DNA from: an uncultured delta proteobacterium
GTDB taxonomy: Bacteria > Desulfobacterota > Binatia > Binatales > Binataceae
DNA length: 64,000 nt
Assembly: GCA_963842085.1 (NCBI GenBank)
Contig: CAWJET010000002.1
Location: 320,001-384,000, forward strand
Direction of reading: 5' to 3'
This document shows positions 1-9,321 of this stretch, piece after piece. The translations under genes and the position numbers were made by a program. A model generated the notes under the pieces. It worked only from the letters and a program-made list of their open reading frames with translations, was not told where the DNA came from and searched no databases. The stretch's first letter is position 1. The number at the start of each line of letters is the position of its first letter.

Positions 1-410
1 GACTTGACCCCGAACGCGTGCGCGATTTCCGCGGTGACGCGGCTGAGCGACACGCCGCGGCGCATCCGCTCGGTGCGATACAGATGAGTGGCGAGATCGC
101 GATCGCCAAGTCCGAACCACGGCTTTCCGTAGAAACGCTCGAGCGCCGGCAGCACGTTGAACGATTCGCCGTCGAGTCCCCAGCCTTGCGCGCGATTCAC
201 CACGCCGGCGAGCGTATAGGTGACCGTGTCGATATCGGGTGAGACGTGAAGCCCGTAAAAGGTTTCGTCGTCGCCGGTGTTAACGACGACGGTCAGCCGT
301 GCGGGATCGATACGCCGAACCAGTCCCCGGATGAACTTAGCCGCACCCACTCCCCCCGCAAGCGTGGTTATCTGCCGGGGCGGGAGAGGTCGCGATTGGC
401 CGCGCGCCAT
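1..410 (-). CDS. cofD: 2-phospho-L-lactate transferase CofD/FbiA (5' part; runs off the window start)
   Basis: Not in the ORF track. Manual translation from ATG at 410: MARGQSRPLPPRQITTLAGGVGAAKFIRGL...VVVNTGDDETFYGLHVSPDIDTVTYTLAG...GWG...WFGLGDRDLATHLYRT, which are hallmark CofD motifs. Lies directly downstream of cofGH. Confidence 0.93.
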   Translation of the reverse strand, partial: MARGQSRPLPPRQITTLAGGVGAAKFIRGLVRRIDPARLTVVVNTGDDETFYGLHVSPDIDTVTYTLAGVVNRAQGWGLDGESFNVLPALERFYGKPWFGLGDRDLATHLYRTERMRRGVSLSRVTAEIAHAFGVK

Positions 411-1590
411 TGGGTGCCTTTCTTCCGTAGAGCTTCTTGTAGAGCGTGGTGCGTTCGACCGCGACGCGGCCCATCTCGCGCGCTTTTTCCTCGAACAGAT
501 CGACCGGCACGAACTCGCCCGAGTCGCCGCCGGCCTGCGCAGTGATGCTTTCCTCCATCAGTGTGCCCGACAGATCGTTGCATCCGGCCTTGAGCGTAAG
601 CGCCGCGAGATCGACGCCGCACTTCACCCACGAGGTCTGGATATTGTCGATCTGCCCGCGCAGGAACAGGCGCGAGAACGCGTACATCTGGAAATCCAGT
701 TGGCCGCGCTCGACCGGCGACACCAGGCCCTTGCGATAGAGCATCGTGTTCTGATGGATGAACCTAAGCGGCACGAACTCGGTGAAGCCATGTGTCTGTT
801 TCTGGATCGTGCGGATCAAATCGAGATGATTCACGACATGGTGCGGACTTTCGACGTGGCCGTACATCACAGTTGAGGTTGTCGGCACGCCGACCGCGTG
901 CGCGGTGGTGATTATCTCGACCCACGCGGCGACGTCGACTTTCTTGTGACTCAGGATCTCGCGCACGCCGTCGTCAAGGATTTCCGCGGCGGTGCCCGGA
1001 ATCGAGCCGAGTCCGTGCTCCTTGAGCATCGTGATGTATTCCGGGTAGTCCATCCGCACACGCTTGGCGCCGTACATTATTTCCATCGGCGAGAACGCGT
1101 GGATGTGGATCTCGGGGAACGCACCCTTCATCGCGTCGAGCAGGTCGCGATACTTGAACGGCGGCATATCGGGGTTGATTCCGCCCTGCATGCAGATCTC
1201 GGTCGCACCGCGCGCGACCGCGTCTGCCACTTTGCGCACGATCGTTTCGTCGGAATGGTCGTAGGCGTCGGCCTCCCAGCGCTGACGCTTGAAGCCGCAG
1301 AACTGGCATCCCACGAAACAGATATTGGTGAAGTTGATATTGCGATTGACGACGTAGGTAACTTCGTCGCCGATGTCCTCGGCGCGCGCGAGGTCCGCGC
1401 ATTTGATTGTCGCGCGCAGGTCGTCACCCTCGGCGGTGTAGAGCAGCAGCCCTTCGTCGGGCGTCAGCTCTCTTTTCAGAAGAGCGTGTTCAAGCGCGGT
1501 GCGCACTGCGGGCGACGCCTTGCCGAGCAGGGCATCGACGGGAGTCGCCTCGATTTCGTCGACGTAAGTGCGCCAGTACTCCAGGTTCAT
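337..1590 (-). CDS. cofH: FO synthase subunit CofH (radical SAM)
   Basis: NRNINFTNICFVGCQFC radical SAM motif, PGTAAEILDD, TSTVMYGHVE, FTEFVPLRF. ATG at 1590 overlaps the cofG stop (ATGA). Sits between cofG and cofD. Confidence 0.9.
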   Translation of the reverse strand: MNLEYWRTYVDEIEATPVDALLGKASPAVRTALEHALLKRELTPDEGLLLYTAEGDDLRATIKCADLARAEDIGDEVTYVVNRNINFTNICFVGCQFCGFKRQRWEADAYDHSDETIVRKVADAVARGATEICMQGGINPDMPPFKYRDLLDAMKGAFPEIHIHAFSPMEIMYGAKRVRMDYPEYITMLKEHGLGSIPGTAAEILDDGVREILSHKKVDVAAWVEIITTAHAVGVPTTSTVMYGHVESPHHVVNHLDLIRTIQKQTHGFTEFVPLRFIHQNTMLYRKGLVSPVERGQLDFQMYAFSRLFLRGQIDNIQTSWVKCGVDLAALTLKAGCNDLSGTLMEESITAQAGGDSGEFVPVDLFEEKAREMGRVAVERTTLYKKLYGRKAPNGARPIATSPAPADNHACGGSGCG

Positions 1591-2786
1591 GATTGGCCTC
1601 CGACAGGTCGATCCCATATCGCGCGCACTTTAGTCGCGACCGCCGGGTCGAGCCATTCATCATTGATGTATTCGTTATAAATTGCGAGCCTTTCACCAAG
1701 CGCGAAACCGGCTCGCGCGCATTGCTCGCCGAGCCTTTCGATATGCGGCCACGGCGCCTCGGGGTTCACGTAGTCCTTGCTGAGCGGCGAAATCCCGCCC
1801 CAGTCGTTGATTCCGGCGTTGAGGAACAACTCGATCTGACGCGGCGACAAGTTGGGCGGCGCCTGCACGTTCATCGACGGGCCGAGCACCAACCGCGCAG
1901 TCGCGATCGCACGCGCCATGTCGTAAGCGTCAGGCTCCGGCGCGTCGGCCATCGCGATTTCAGGCTTGGCGCGGAAGTTCTGGATGATCACTTCCTGGAT
2001 GTGACCGTGACGCTCATGCGTATCGCGAATCGCCGTCAGGCTCAGCGCGCGCTCAGCCGGAGTCTCGCCGATTCCGAGCAGGATTCCGGTGGTGAACGGA
2101 ATCCGCAGCGCGCCTGCCTCTTCGATCATCTTGATACGCAGCGCGGGATCCTTGTCCGGCGCGGCCTGATGCACTCCGCCGCGCGCGCGCAATCGCTTCG
2201 AGATATTCTCGAGCATCAGACCCATGCTCGCGTTGAGCGGACGCAGCGCGCGCATCTCGTCGGACGTCATCAGGCCGGCGTTGGTATGCGGCAGCAGTCT
2301 CTCGGTTAGCGCGATTTCGCACGCGCGTCCGACGTATTCGATCGTCGTGCGGACGCCGAGCGTCGCCAAAGTCTCGCGATACTCCTTGAACGCGACCTCG
2401 GGCTTGTCGCCGAGGCACATCAGCGCCTCTTTGCATCCGAGCTCGGCGCCGCGGCGCGACCACTGGGCGACCTCGTCGGGCATCATCGTCCACGCGCCGG
2501 GGTCGCCGGGGTCCTTGCGGAACGTGCAGTAAGTACAACGATCGTGACAAAGATTGGTTATCGGTAAAAAGACTTTGCGCGAGTAGGTCACGGCGCGCCC
2601 CTTGCCGCGATCGCGGAGTTCGGCCGCCGCGGAGAGCATCGCGTCGAGGTCGCTGTCGGGACATTCGATTAGCGCGATCGCGTCGGCGTCGCTAAGCCGC
2701 GCGCCCGCCAGGGCTCGATCGAGGATTTCGCGAATCGGGGCGTCTTCGCGGTGGTCGGGAGCGAGCGATGAATGTAGCGACGGCAT
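1587..2786 (-). CDS. cofG: FO synthase subunit CofG (radical SAM)
   Basis: TYSRKVFLPITNLCHDRCTYC, ASMGLMLE, PDKDP, FTTGILLGIGE, IQEVIIQNF, QAPPNL, GINDWGGISP, DYVNPEAPWP. Confidence 0.93.
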   Translation of the reverse strand: MPSLHSSLAPDHREDAPIREILDRALAGARLSDADAIALIECPDSDLDAMLSAAAELRDRGKGRAVTYSRKVFLPITNLCHDRCTYCTFRKDPGDPGAWTMMPDEVAQWSRRGAELGCKEALMCLGDKPEVAFKEYRETLATLGVRTTIEYVGRACEIALTERLLPHTNAGLMTSDEMRALRPLNASMGLMLENISKRLRARGGVHQAAPDKDPALRIKMIEEAGALRIPFTTGILLGIGETPAERALSLTAIRDTHERHGHIQEVIIQNFRAKPEIAMADAPEPDAYDMARAIATARLVLGPSMNVQAPPNLSPRQIELFLNAGINDWGGISPLSKDYVNPEAPWPHIERLGEQCARAGFALGERLAIYNEYINDEWLDPAVATKVRAIWDRPVGGQS

Positions 2787-2876
2787 CAATCGCGTTTATA
2801 AGCCATCAGGTACGAGGAGGCAACCTAGTTGCAAAAGAAAACTGCCAACATTGCCTTTGGCGGCAAACGCAGGCTC

Positions 2877-2999
2877 CTAGATTCCAGAAAAGTAAATCAG
2901 CACCGCCGCCAGGGCGAGCGCGATTACTATGATCGGCACGTAGTGACTCTCCTCGACCTTCGGCCACCACGGGAACCACGGGAACGGGTTCGTCTTCAT
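2877..2999 (-). CDS. Putative 40-aa single-pass membrane protein
   Basis: Manual translation MKTNPFPWFPWWPKVEESHYVPIIVIALALAAVLIYFSGI*; AAGG upstream; below the ORF-track length cutoff. Confidence 0.55.
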   Translation of the reverse strand: MKTNPFPWFPWWPKVEESHYVPIIVIALALAAVLIYFSGI

Positions 3000-3096
3000 T
3001 CTTCAACCTTACGCTTGCGCAGGTTGATGCGCGAATTCCGGTGGCGATTTCGCGGACGCGATATCACAATCATTTCGACTCGCAGGAGGACACGAG

Positions 3097-4023
3097 ATGA
3101 ACCCGACCGCCGATCCGCTCGTTCATACTTACTCGATCGTCGCGCGCGATCCCGACACCGGACAGCTCGGCGTCGCCGTGCAGTCGCATTACTTCTCCGT
3201 CGGCTCGGTGGTCACTTGGGCCGAAGCGGGCGTCGGCGCCGTCGCGTCGCAAGCGTTCTCCGATCCCGCGTATGGGAAGCTCGGACTCGACTTGATGCGT
3301 GCCCGGAAGAGCGCGCCTCGCGCGCTCGCAGGTCTGGTGGCCTCGGATCCGATGAAGGAAGTTCGGCAGGTGGCGATGGTCGATGCGCTGGGCCGGGTCG
3401 CGGCGCATACCGGTTCGTCGACGATTGCCGAAGCGGGGCACATCGTCGGCGAGGGATTTTCGGTGCAGGCCAACATGATGCTCAAGAACTCGGTGTGGCC
3501 CGCGATGGCGGAGGCATACCGCGGCGCCAAGGGTACCCTGGTCGATAGATTCCTCGCGGTGCTCGACGCGGCCGAGGCTGAAGGCGGCGACATCCGTGGT
3601 CGGCAATCGGCGGCGATATTGATTGTCGAGGCGAAGAGCACCGGCCGTCCGTGGTACGACACCATCTTCGATCTTCGCGTTGACGATGCGCCGGAGCCGC
3701 TCGTCGAGATTCGTCGCCTCGTCGCGGTCCGCCGCGCGTACATTCATATGCGGCTTGGCGACGAAGCGGCGTCGCGCGGCGATCTGGATGCCACCGAGCG
3801 CGAGTTCGCGGAGGCCGAGCGGCTGATCGGCGACAATCCCGAAATGCGCTACTGGCACGCGATTGCGTTGCTCGGTCTTGGCAAGATCGACGACGGTCTT
3901 GCGATATTGCGGGACGTCGGGCGCCGCGATCGCAACTGGATCGAGCTTACGCTGCGACTGCCTGCGGCCATGCTGCCGCGCGATGTTTCGCTCACTGAAA
4001 AAATTCGGAAACTGCTGGAGTGA
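3097..4023 (+). CDS. DUF1028-family Ntn-hydrolase-like protein with C-terminal TPR-like region
   Basis: TYSIVARDPDTGQLGVAVQS, GVGAVASQ, GGDIRGRQSAA, DLRVDD; AGGAGG RBS. Confidence 0.85.
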   Translation: MNPTADPLVHTYSIVARDPDTGQLGVAVQSHYFSVGSVVTWAEAGVGAVASQAFSDPAYGKLGLDLMRARKSAPRALAGLVASDPMKEVRQVAMVDALGRVAAHTGSSTIAEAGHIVGEGFSVQANMMLKNSVWPAMAEAYRGAKGTLVDRFLAVLDAAEAEGGDIRGRQSAAILIVEAKSTGRPWYDTIFDLRVDDAPEPLVEIRRLVAVRRAYIHMRLGDEAASRGDLDATEREFAEAERLIGDNPEMRYWHAIALLGLGKIDDGLAILRDVGRRDRNWIELTLRLPAAMLPRDVSLTEKIRKLLE

Positions 4024-4107
4024 CTGTCGCATCGGAGACAAAAGCGTTTTGCCCCGCCCATCCGCAGGAGTTAGTGTGAGTTGTATAGGCAAAGCCGGAG
4101 TACCCAG

Positions 4108-5160
4108 ATGCCCGAAACCAATGTTGCGCGCGGTTCTGTCGAGCCCGCCCCACGCGTCGAGTACGAGTTGCAGCTCTACTACTGGATGAAGCTGATTCGC
4201 GCGTTCGAGGAGCGCGTCTCGCGCCTGCATCGGCAGAACAAAATCCTCGGCGGCGTATACTCCGGCGCCGGCCAGGAGGCGATCGTCACCGGGATTTGCG
4301 CACCGCTGCACGACGGCGACTTCGTCGCGCCGCTCCATCGCGACATGGGCGTGTTCATCATGCGCGGCGTCGAGCCGGGCCGCCTGATGGCGCAGTTGAT
4401 GGGCAAGGAGACGGGCCTGTCGCGCGGCAAGGACTCGTTTCTGCACGGCGGCGACCTGGAGCACGGCGTTTTCGGATCGACCTCGATGCTTGGTTCGTCG
4501 CTGCCCGTCGCAGTCGGCGCGGCGCTCAAATTCAAAATGAAAAAGAACCCTAACGTCGCGGTTGCGTTCTTCGGCGAGGGCGCGTCCTCGCGCGGCGACG
4601 TGCATGAGGCGATGAACTTTGCCGGCGTGCACAAGCTGCCGGTCGTGTTCGTGTGCGAAAACAACCGTTACGCGTATTCGACGCCGCTCGAAAAGCAAAT
4701 GGCGATCGAAGACGTCGCGGACCGCGCGCTGGCCTACGGCTTCAAGGGTTACACCTGCTCGGGCAACGATCTGCTGTTGGTGCTCGAGCTGAGCGAGCGC
4801 CTGATCGCGCGCACCCGCGCGGGCGAAGGTCCGGTGCTGATCGAATGCAAGACGTATCGCTACCGCGGGCATAGCGAGCACGACGCGGCGCTCTACCGCG
4901 ACCAGGAAGAGCTGATCGAGTGGCAAAGCCGCGATCCGATCCCGCGCTTCGAGTTTTACCTCGAAAAGAAAGGCCACGACATCAAGCGCATCCGCGAGCA
5001 GATCGACGAGCGGGCGAACAAGACGGTGCAGGCCGCGGTGGATTTCGCCGAAAGCAGCCCGCTGCCAGAACCTAAAGAAGCACTTGAAGATATTTACGCG
5101 CCTTCCGGCGCGCCGACTTCGACCAGTTCGCCAAACCCTTCGTCCAACGGCAACCGCTAA
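4108..5160 (+). CDS. 2-oxoacid dehydrogenase E1 alpha subunit (probably branched-chain type)
   Basis: GQEA, TPP motif GEGASSRG...ENN, TYRYRGHS. Confidence 0.88.
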   Translation: MPETNVARGSVEPAPRVEYELQLYYWMKLIRAFEERVSRLHRQNKILGGVYSGAGQEAIVTGICAPLHDGDFVAPLHRDMGVFIMRGVEPGRLMAQLMGKETGLSRGKDSFLHGGDLEHGVFGSTSMLGSSLPVAVGAALKFKMKKNPNVAVAFFGEGASSRGDVHEAMNFAGVHKLPVVFVCENNRYAYSTPLEKQMAIEDVADRALAYGFKGYTCSGNDLLLVLELSERLIARTRAGEGPVLIECKTYRYRGHSEHDAALYRDQEELIEWQSRDPIPRFEFYLEKKGHDIKRIREQIDERANKTVQAAVDFAESSPLPEPKEALEDIYAPSGAPTSTSSPNPSSNGNR

Positions 5161-6141
5161 ATGGAAGTCACCTACATCAAGGCGATCAATTCCGCGCTGC
5201 ACGAAGAGATGCGCCGCGACGAGAACGTCTTTGTCATGGGCGAGGACGTCGCGGAGCTGGGCGGCGCGTTCAAGGCCACCGAAGGGTTGCTCGACGCGTT
5301 CGGCGAGGAGCGCGTCATCGACACGCCCATCTCGGAGGCGTTGATCGTCGGCGCGGGAATCGGCGCGGCGGTGCTCGGGATGCGCCCGGTGGTCGAAATG
5401 CAGTTCGCGGATTTTATCTCGTGCGGCTTCGATCAGATCGTCAACACCGCCGCGACGCTGCGCTACCGTCACGGCGGCAAGGCCGCGTGTCCGCTGGTGA
5501 TACGCGCGCCGTCGGGCGCGGGCGTTCACGGCGCGCTGTTCCATTCGCAAAATCCCGAGGCGTGGTTCACGCGCGTGCCCGGACTCAAGGTGGTCGCACC
5601 CGCAACACCGTACGACGCGAAGGGAATTTTGAAGAGCGCGATTCGCGACGGCAATCCGGTCGTCTACTTCGAGCACAAGCGGCTCTATCGCAGCATCAAG
5701 GAAGACCTGCCTGAGGGCGATTTCACCGTGCCGATCGGAGTCGCGGAGCTTCGCAAGGAAGGGGGCGACGTTTCGATAATCACTTACGGCGGCACGCTCG
5801 GGCAGTCGCTCGATGCGGCGCGAATCGTCGAGAAGGAAGACGGGCTCTCGGTCGAGGTGCTCGACTTGCGCACGCTGCTGCCGCTGGATCGCGAGGCGAT
5901 ACTCGCGACCGCGCGCAAGACCGGCAAAGTGCTGGTGGTGCACGAGGATCGCCTCACCGGCGGAATCGGCGGCGAGGTTTCCGCGATCATAATGGAGAAC
6001 GCGTTCGAATATCTCGACGGTCCGGTTCGCCGGGTCGCGGCCGCCGACGCGCACGTCGCGTTCAGCCCGCCGCTCGAGGATTTCATCCTGCCGAGCACCA
6101 ACAAAATCGTCAACGCGATCCGCAGCCTGGCGGCTTACTGA
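5161..6141 (+). CDS. 2-oxoacid dehydrogenase E1 beta subunit
   Basis: GEDV..GGAF, DTPISE, EMQFADF, HGALFHSQ, FEHKRLY; abuts E1 alpha. Confidence 0.92.
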   Translation: MEVTYIKAINSALHEEMRRDENVFVMGEDVAELGGAFKATEGLLDAFGEERVIDTPISEALIVGAGIGAAVLGMRPVVEMQFADFISCGFDQIVNTAATLRYRHGGKAACPLVIRAPSGAGVHGALFHSQNPEAWFTRVPGLKVVAPATPYDAKGILKSAIRDGNPVVYFEHKRLYRSIKEDLPEGDFTVPIGVAELRKEGGDVSIITYGGTLGQSLDAARIVEKEDGLSVEVLDLRTLLPLDREAILATARKTGKVLVVHEDRLTGGIGGEVSAIIMENAFEYLDGPVRRVAAADAHVAFSPPLEDFILPSTNKIVNAIRSLAAY

Positions 6142-6142
6142 A

Positions 6143-7528
6143 ATGGCGATCGACGTAACGATGCCGCAGATGGGCGAGAGTGTCGTCGAAGGCACGATCG
6201 CAAAGTGGCTGGTCAAGGAAGGCGACGTCGTCACAGAAGATCAGCCGCTCGTCGAGATTTCAACCGACAAGGTAGACACCGAGATTCCGTCGCCCGGCGC
6301 GGGACGAATCGCGAAGATTGTCGCCGCGGAGGGACAGACGCTGCCGGTTGGCGCGACGCTCGCCGTCATCGAACCGGCCGGCGCCGAGGCTCCGGCAAAA
6401 CTGCAAGTCGTCGCGCCCAAAGCCGCGTCGAAGCCGGAACCAGCGCCGGCGCAGGTGAAGCCTGCACCGCTGCCGCGGCCCGCGCCGTCACCACAGCCGA
6501 TGCAAGCGGCGGGCGCTGGCCTTCGTGAAGCAGAACCCGAAGCGGGAGGTCCGCGGCGCTTCTCTCCAGTCGTGCTGAAAATCGCGGCGGAAGAGGGCAT
6601 CGATCTGAGCCGCGTGCCGGGAACCGGAATCGGCGGACGAGTGAGCAAGCGCGACCTGCAGCGTTACCTCGATACGCTGCGCAAAGGCGGAGCACCCGGC
6701 GCCGCGCCGCAGCCGCAGACCAACGGAGCGGCGCAGAGCAGCGCGCGTCCGGCGACGACTGCTCCCACGACAACGCAACCGCAGCAATTGGGCACGGTCT
6801 TTCGGCCGCCCGTCTATCAGCCTGTCGAGGGCGACGTCGTCGAGCCGTTCACGCGCCGGCGCAAACTTATCGCCGAGCACATGGTGTACTCGAAGACGCA
6901 TTCGCCGCACGTAGGCACCGTCGCGGAAGTCGACGTCACCAAGGCGATGCGGCTGCGCGAAGCGCACAAAGACGAGTTCGCGCGGCGCGAAGGATTCAGT
7001 CTCACCTTTCTGCCGATTGCAGCGGCGGCGACCGTTCGAGCGCTCAAGGAATTTCCGCGAATGAACGCGTCGGTGGTGGGCGACTCCGTCGTGACGCGCC
7101 GCGAAATCAATCTTGGCATCGCGATGGATACCGACGAAGGCCTGCTGGTCCCCGTGATCAAGGCGGCGGAAGGGATGTCGCTGGTTGGAATTGCGCGCGC
7201 GATCGAAAGTCTGCGGCGCAAAGTCGCCGAGAAGAAGATCACCGCCGACGACCTCGCGGGCGGCAGCTTTACCGTCTCCAATCCGGGGAGAGAGGGGAAT
7301 CTGTACGGATTTGCGATCATCAATCAGCCGCAGGTCGGCATCCTGCGGATGGGCGAGGTGAAGAAGCGGCCGGTGGTCGTCGAAGTTGACGGCGCCGACG
7401 CGATCGCGATTCGCACCATGATGTATCTCGCGCTGTCGTACGACCATCGCGTCGTCGACGGCGTGCTGGGCAACAGCTTCCTCTACCGCACCGCGCGCAT
7501 CCTCGAAGAAGCCGAGTTCGAACTCTGA
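6143..7528 (+). CDS. Dihydrolipoamide acyltransferase E2 (one lipoyl domain)
   Basis: MPQMGESVVEG, lipoyl motif STDKVDTE, E3-binding GTGIGGRVSKRD, catalytic SYDHRVVDG. Confidence 0.92.
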   Translation: MAIDVTMPQMGESVVEGTIAKWLVKEGDVVTEDQPLVEISTDKVDTEIPSPGAGRIAKIVAAEGQTLPVGATLAVIEPAGAEAPAKLQVVAPKAASKPEPAPAQVKPAPLPRPAPSPQPMQAAGAGLREAEPEAGGPRRFSPVVLKIAAEEGIDLSRVPGTGIGGRVSKRDLQRYLDTLRKGGAPGAAPQPQTNGAAQSSARPATTAPTTTQPQQLGTVFRPPVYQPVEGDVVEPFTRRRKLIAEHMVYSKTHSPHVGTVAEVDVTKAMRLREAHKDEFARREGFSLTFLPIAAAATVRALKEFPRMNASVVGDSVVTRREINLGIAMDTDEGLLVPVIKAAEGMSLVGIARAIESLRRKVAEKKITADDLAGGSFTVSNPGREGNLYGFAIINQPQVGILRMGEVKKRPVVVEVDGADAIAIRTMMYLALSYDHRVVDGVLGNSFLYRTARILEEAEFEL

Positions 7529-7555
7529 GCCGCTCCGCTCCAACATCGTCAGCTA

Positions 7556-7646
7556 AGCGAAGAATCTCGCGCATAGCGCGCCTTGTAGAGCCTGGCGCAC
7601 GGCCTCGGGCGAGATTTTTCGCTGCCGCGGCCTTCGCTCAGAATGA
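7556..7646. repeat. Degenerate inverted pair of TGTCAT-type REP-like repeats between convergent genes
   Basis: AGCGAAGAATCTCGC (7556-7570) against GCGAGATTTTTCGCT (7609-7623), then TTCGCTCAGAATGA (7633-7646), the reverse complement of the TGTCATTCxGAGCGAAG motif. Confidence 0.6.
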
Positions 7647-7674
7647 TGGAGTGGTTCGGTCCCTACGGCCAGCG

Positions 7675-8340
7675 TCAGGCTGGGTGCGCGGGTTGTTGCG
7701 CGCGGAGTTGTTGCAGCATGTTTGCGATCTGGCCGCTCAGGTCGCCGATGGTGCGGCTTAGCGCTGCGGCGGCGTCGGTTTCGTCGCCGGGTTTGGAGGG
7801 TTGGGTCAGATTGGATTCGACGGTGTAGAGGATGTTCTTGCCGGTTGAGTCGAGGATCGTCCATTTCGCCGACAGCGTCGCGGTGCCCTGGCCGTCGGTC
7901 TCGAAGCGATAGACGTCGATCTCGACCTGCAAATCGATATGCGTGGTGTTGTACCACGGGAAGACGATGATGCGCCCGGGGCCGGCTTGTGCGGCGAGGT
8001 CGCGCTCCATCGCGCTGGTGAAACCGTTCTGCAGCGACTCGCCCCATCGATCCTCTTTCGAGAGCTCGAGACGATTGGGCGCCATGCGCGTCACTATTTC
8101 CGGGCGATCGAGGTACGGGGGCAGTTTGATCGGCCCAAGTCCGATCGTGAAATCACCGCCGGCGCTCTTGGCTGCCGCCGATGCCGGCGCCGCGGTGTCC
8201 GCAGTTGGCGTGAGGAGATAAAACTTCGAGATATCTTTCTGCGGGGCGAGAATCGCTTTGGCGAGGTATGAACAGCCCGCGAGGGAGATCGCGAGCGCGC
8301 CAGCCACGCAGGTTTTCAGGAGCACTCTGGTCAAGGTCAT
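7675..8340 (-). CDS. pqiC: PqiC-family ABC-transport auxiliary lipoprotein
   Basis: Lipobox LAGC; FYLL; GLGPIKLPPYLDRPEIV; RWGESL; last gene of the MCE operon. Confidence 0.82.
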   Translation of the reverse strand: MTLTRVLLKTCVAGALAISLAGCSYLAKAILAPQKDISKFYLLTPTADTAAPASAAAKSAGGDFTIGLGPIKLPPYLDRPEIVTRMAPNRLELSKEDRWGESLQNGFTSAMERDLAAQAGPGRIIVFPWYNTTHIDLQVEIDVYRFETDGQGTATLSAKWTILDSTGKNILYTVESNLTQPSKPGDETDAAAALSRTIGDLSGQIANMLQQLRAQQPAHPA

Positions 8341-8343
8341 CGA

Positions 8344-9321
8344 TTAGTCCTGGCTGAAATCGCGCCCGCGAACGATCGCGCTTGGGTTACGCTGCAGGTA
8401 GTCCGCCAGCTCCTTGATCGAGTGCGCGGCGGCGGAGACGTCCTGCAGCGTCTGCAGCGCCTGGTAGTTGATCGGAGAGTTCGGCTCGATCGTCGTTTGC
8501 ACGGTGCCGAGCGTCACCCGCGCCTGCCTGGCGGCGGCGTCCGCCGAATTTGAGGTTTTCTGCAAGGAGTTCGAGAGCGGGGGCACCTGGCTGTTCACTG
8601 TACTGAGCGTCTGCTGCGCTCCGGCCAGCGCATGGTCGAGTTGCTCGCGGGTTTTCTCGGAATTGGCCACCACCTGCTTGATCGCGGGCGAGGTGGTGAT
8701 TTGCCTGATGGACTCCAGCATCGCGGTCATCTCGGTGAACACGGCGTTGAAGTCCACCTTGTCGAGCCTTTCGAAAATCCGCACGGCCACGGCCTGGGCC
8801 TGTTCGAGGGTGTTGGGAACGGCGGGGATTTCCTGGAGCGGAGAGCCGGGCGCCGCGACCATTGTAATCGGCGTATTCGGTAGGATGTCCAGCGCCACGT
8901 ACAACAGGCCGGTCACGAAGCTGTCCAGGCCCAGTTGCGCGCGCATGCCTTCGCGAATCAGGTTGGGAACCGTGTGCGGGTCGCTCAGGTCGATGGCGGT
9001 GCCGCCGTGGGAAACGATCTTTTCCTCATCGAGCTCGATGATCACCGGAATGCGCACGTCGGCCCGCAGCCGGCCGGTCTGGGAGTTCACCTCCTGCCCC
9101 AGGCGCAGCATAATCCGCTTGACCTGGCCTATCTCGACGCCCTTGAACTTGACCGGCGCGCCGGTCCTCAGGCCGTTGATGTCGCCGGGGAAGTAAATGA
9201 CGAATTCGTGCGTTTTGCGGAACAGGTTGCCCGAGCCGAAGACCACTATCGCGGCCAGGATCAGGCCAATCGCGCCCAGAACGAACGCACCCACGGTCGC
9301 CGGATTGATTCGCTTACCCAT
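8344..9321 (-). CDS. MlaD/MCE-family protein
   Basis: N-terminal TM segment, GLRTGAPVKFKGVEIGQV, helical C-terminus ending LQRNPSAIVRG. Confidence 0.9.
   Translation of the reverse strand: MGKRINPATVGAFVLGAIGLILAAIVVFGSGNLFRKTHEFVIYFPGDINGLRTGAPVKFKGVEIGQVKRIMLRLGQEVNSQTGRLRADVRIPVIIELDEEKIVSHGGTAIDLSDPHTVPNLIREGMRAQLGLDSFVTGLLYVALDILPNTPITMVAAPGSPLQEIPAVPNTLEQAQAVAVRIFERLDKVDFNAVFTEMTAMLESIRQITTSPAIKQVVANSEKTREQLDHALAGAQQTLSTVNSQVPPLSNSLQKTSNSADAAARQARVTLGTVQTTIEPNSPINYQALQTLQDVSAAAHSIKELADYLQRNPSAIVRGRDFSQD

Noticed and set aside
337-1590. Alternative call as MqnC/MqnE (futalosine pathway)
   Set aside because: Coupling to cofG and cofD favours CofH.
3070-6234. 1054-aa minus-strand ORF, and similar long ORFs such as 31752..33833, 42032..43525 and 44105..45757
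   Set aside because: Antisense shadows of well-supported genes, expected in high-GC DNA; no recognisable motifs.
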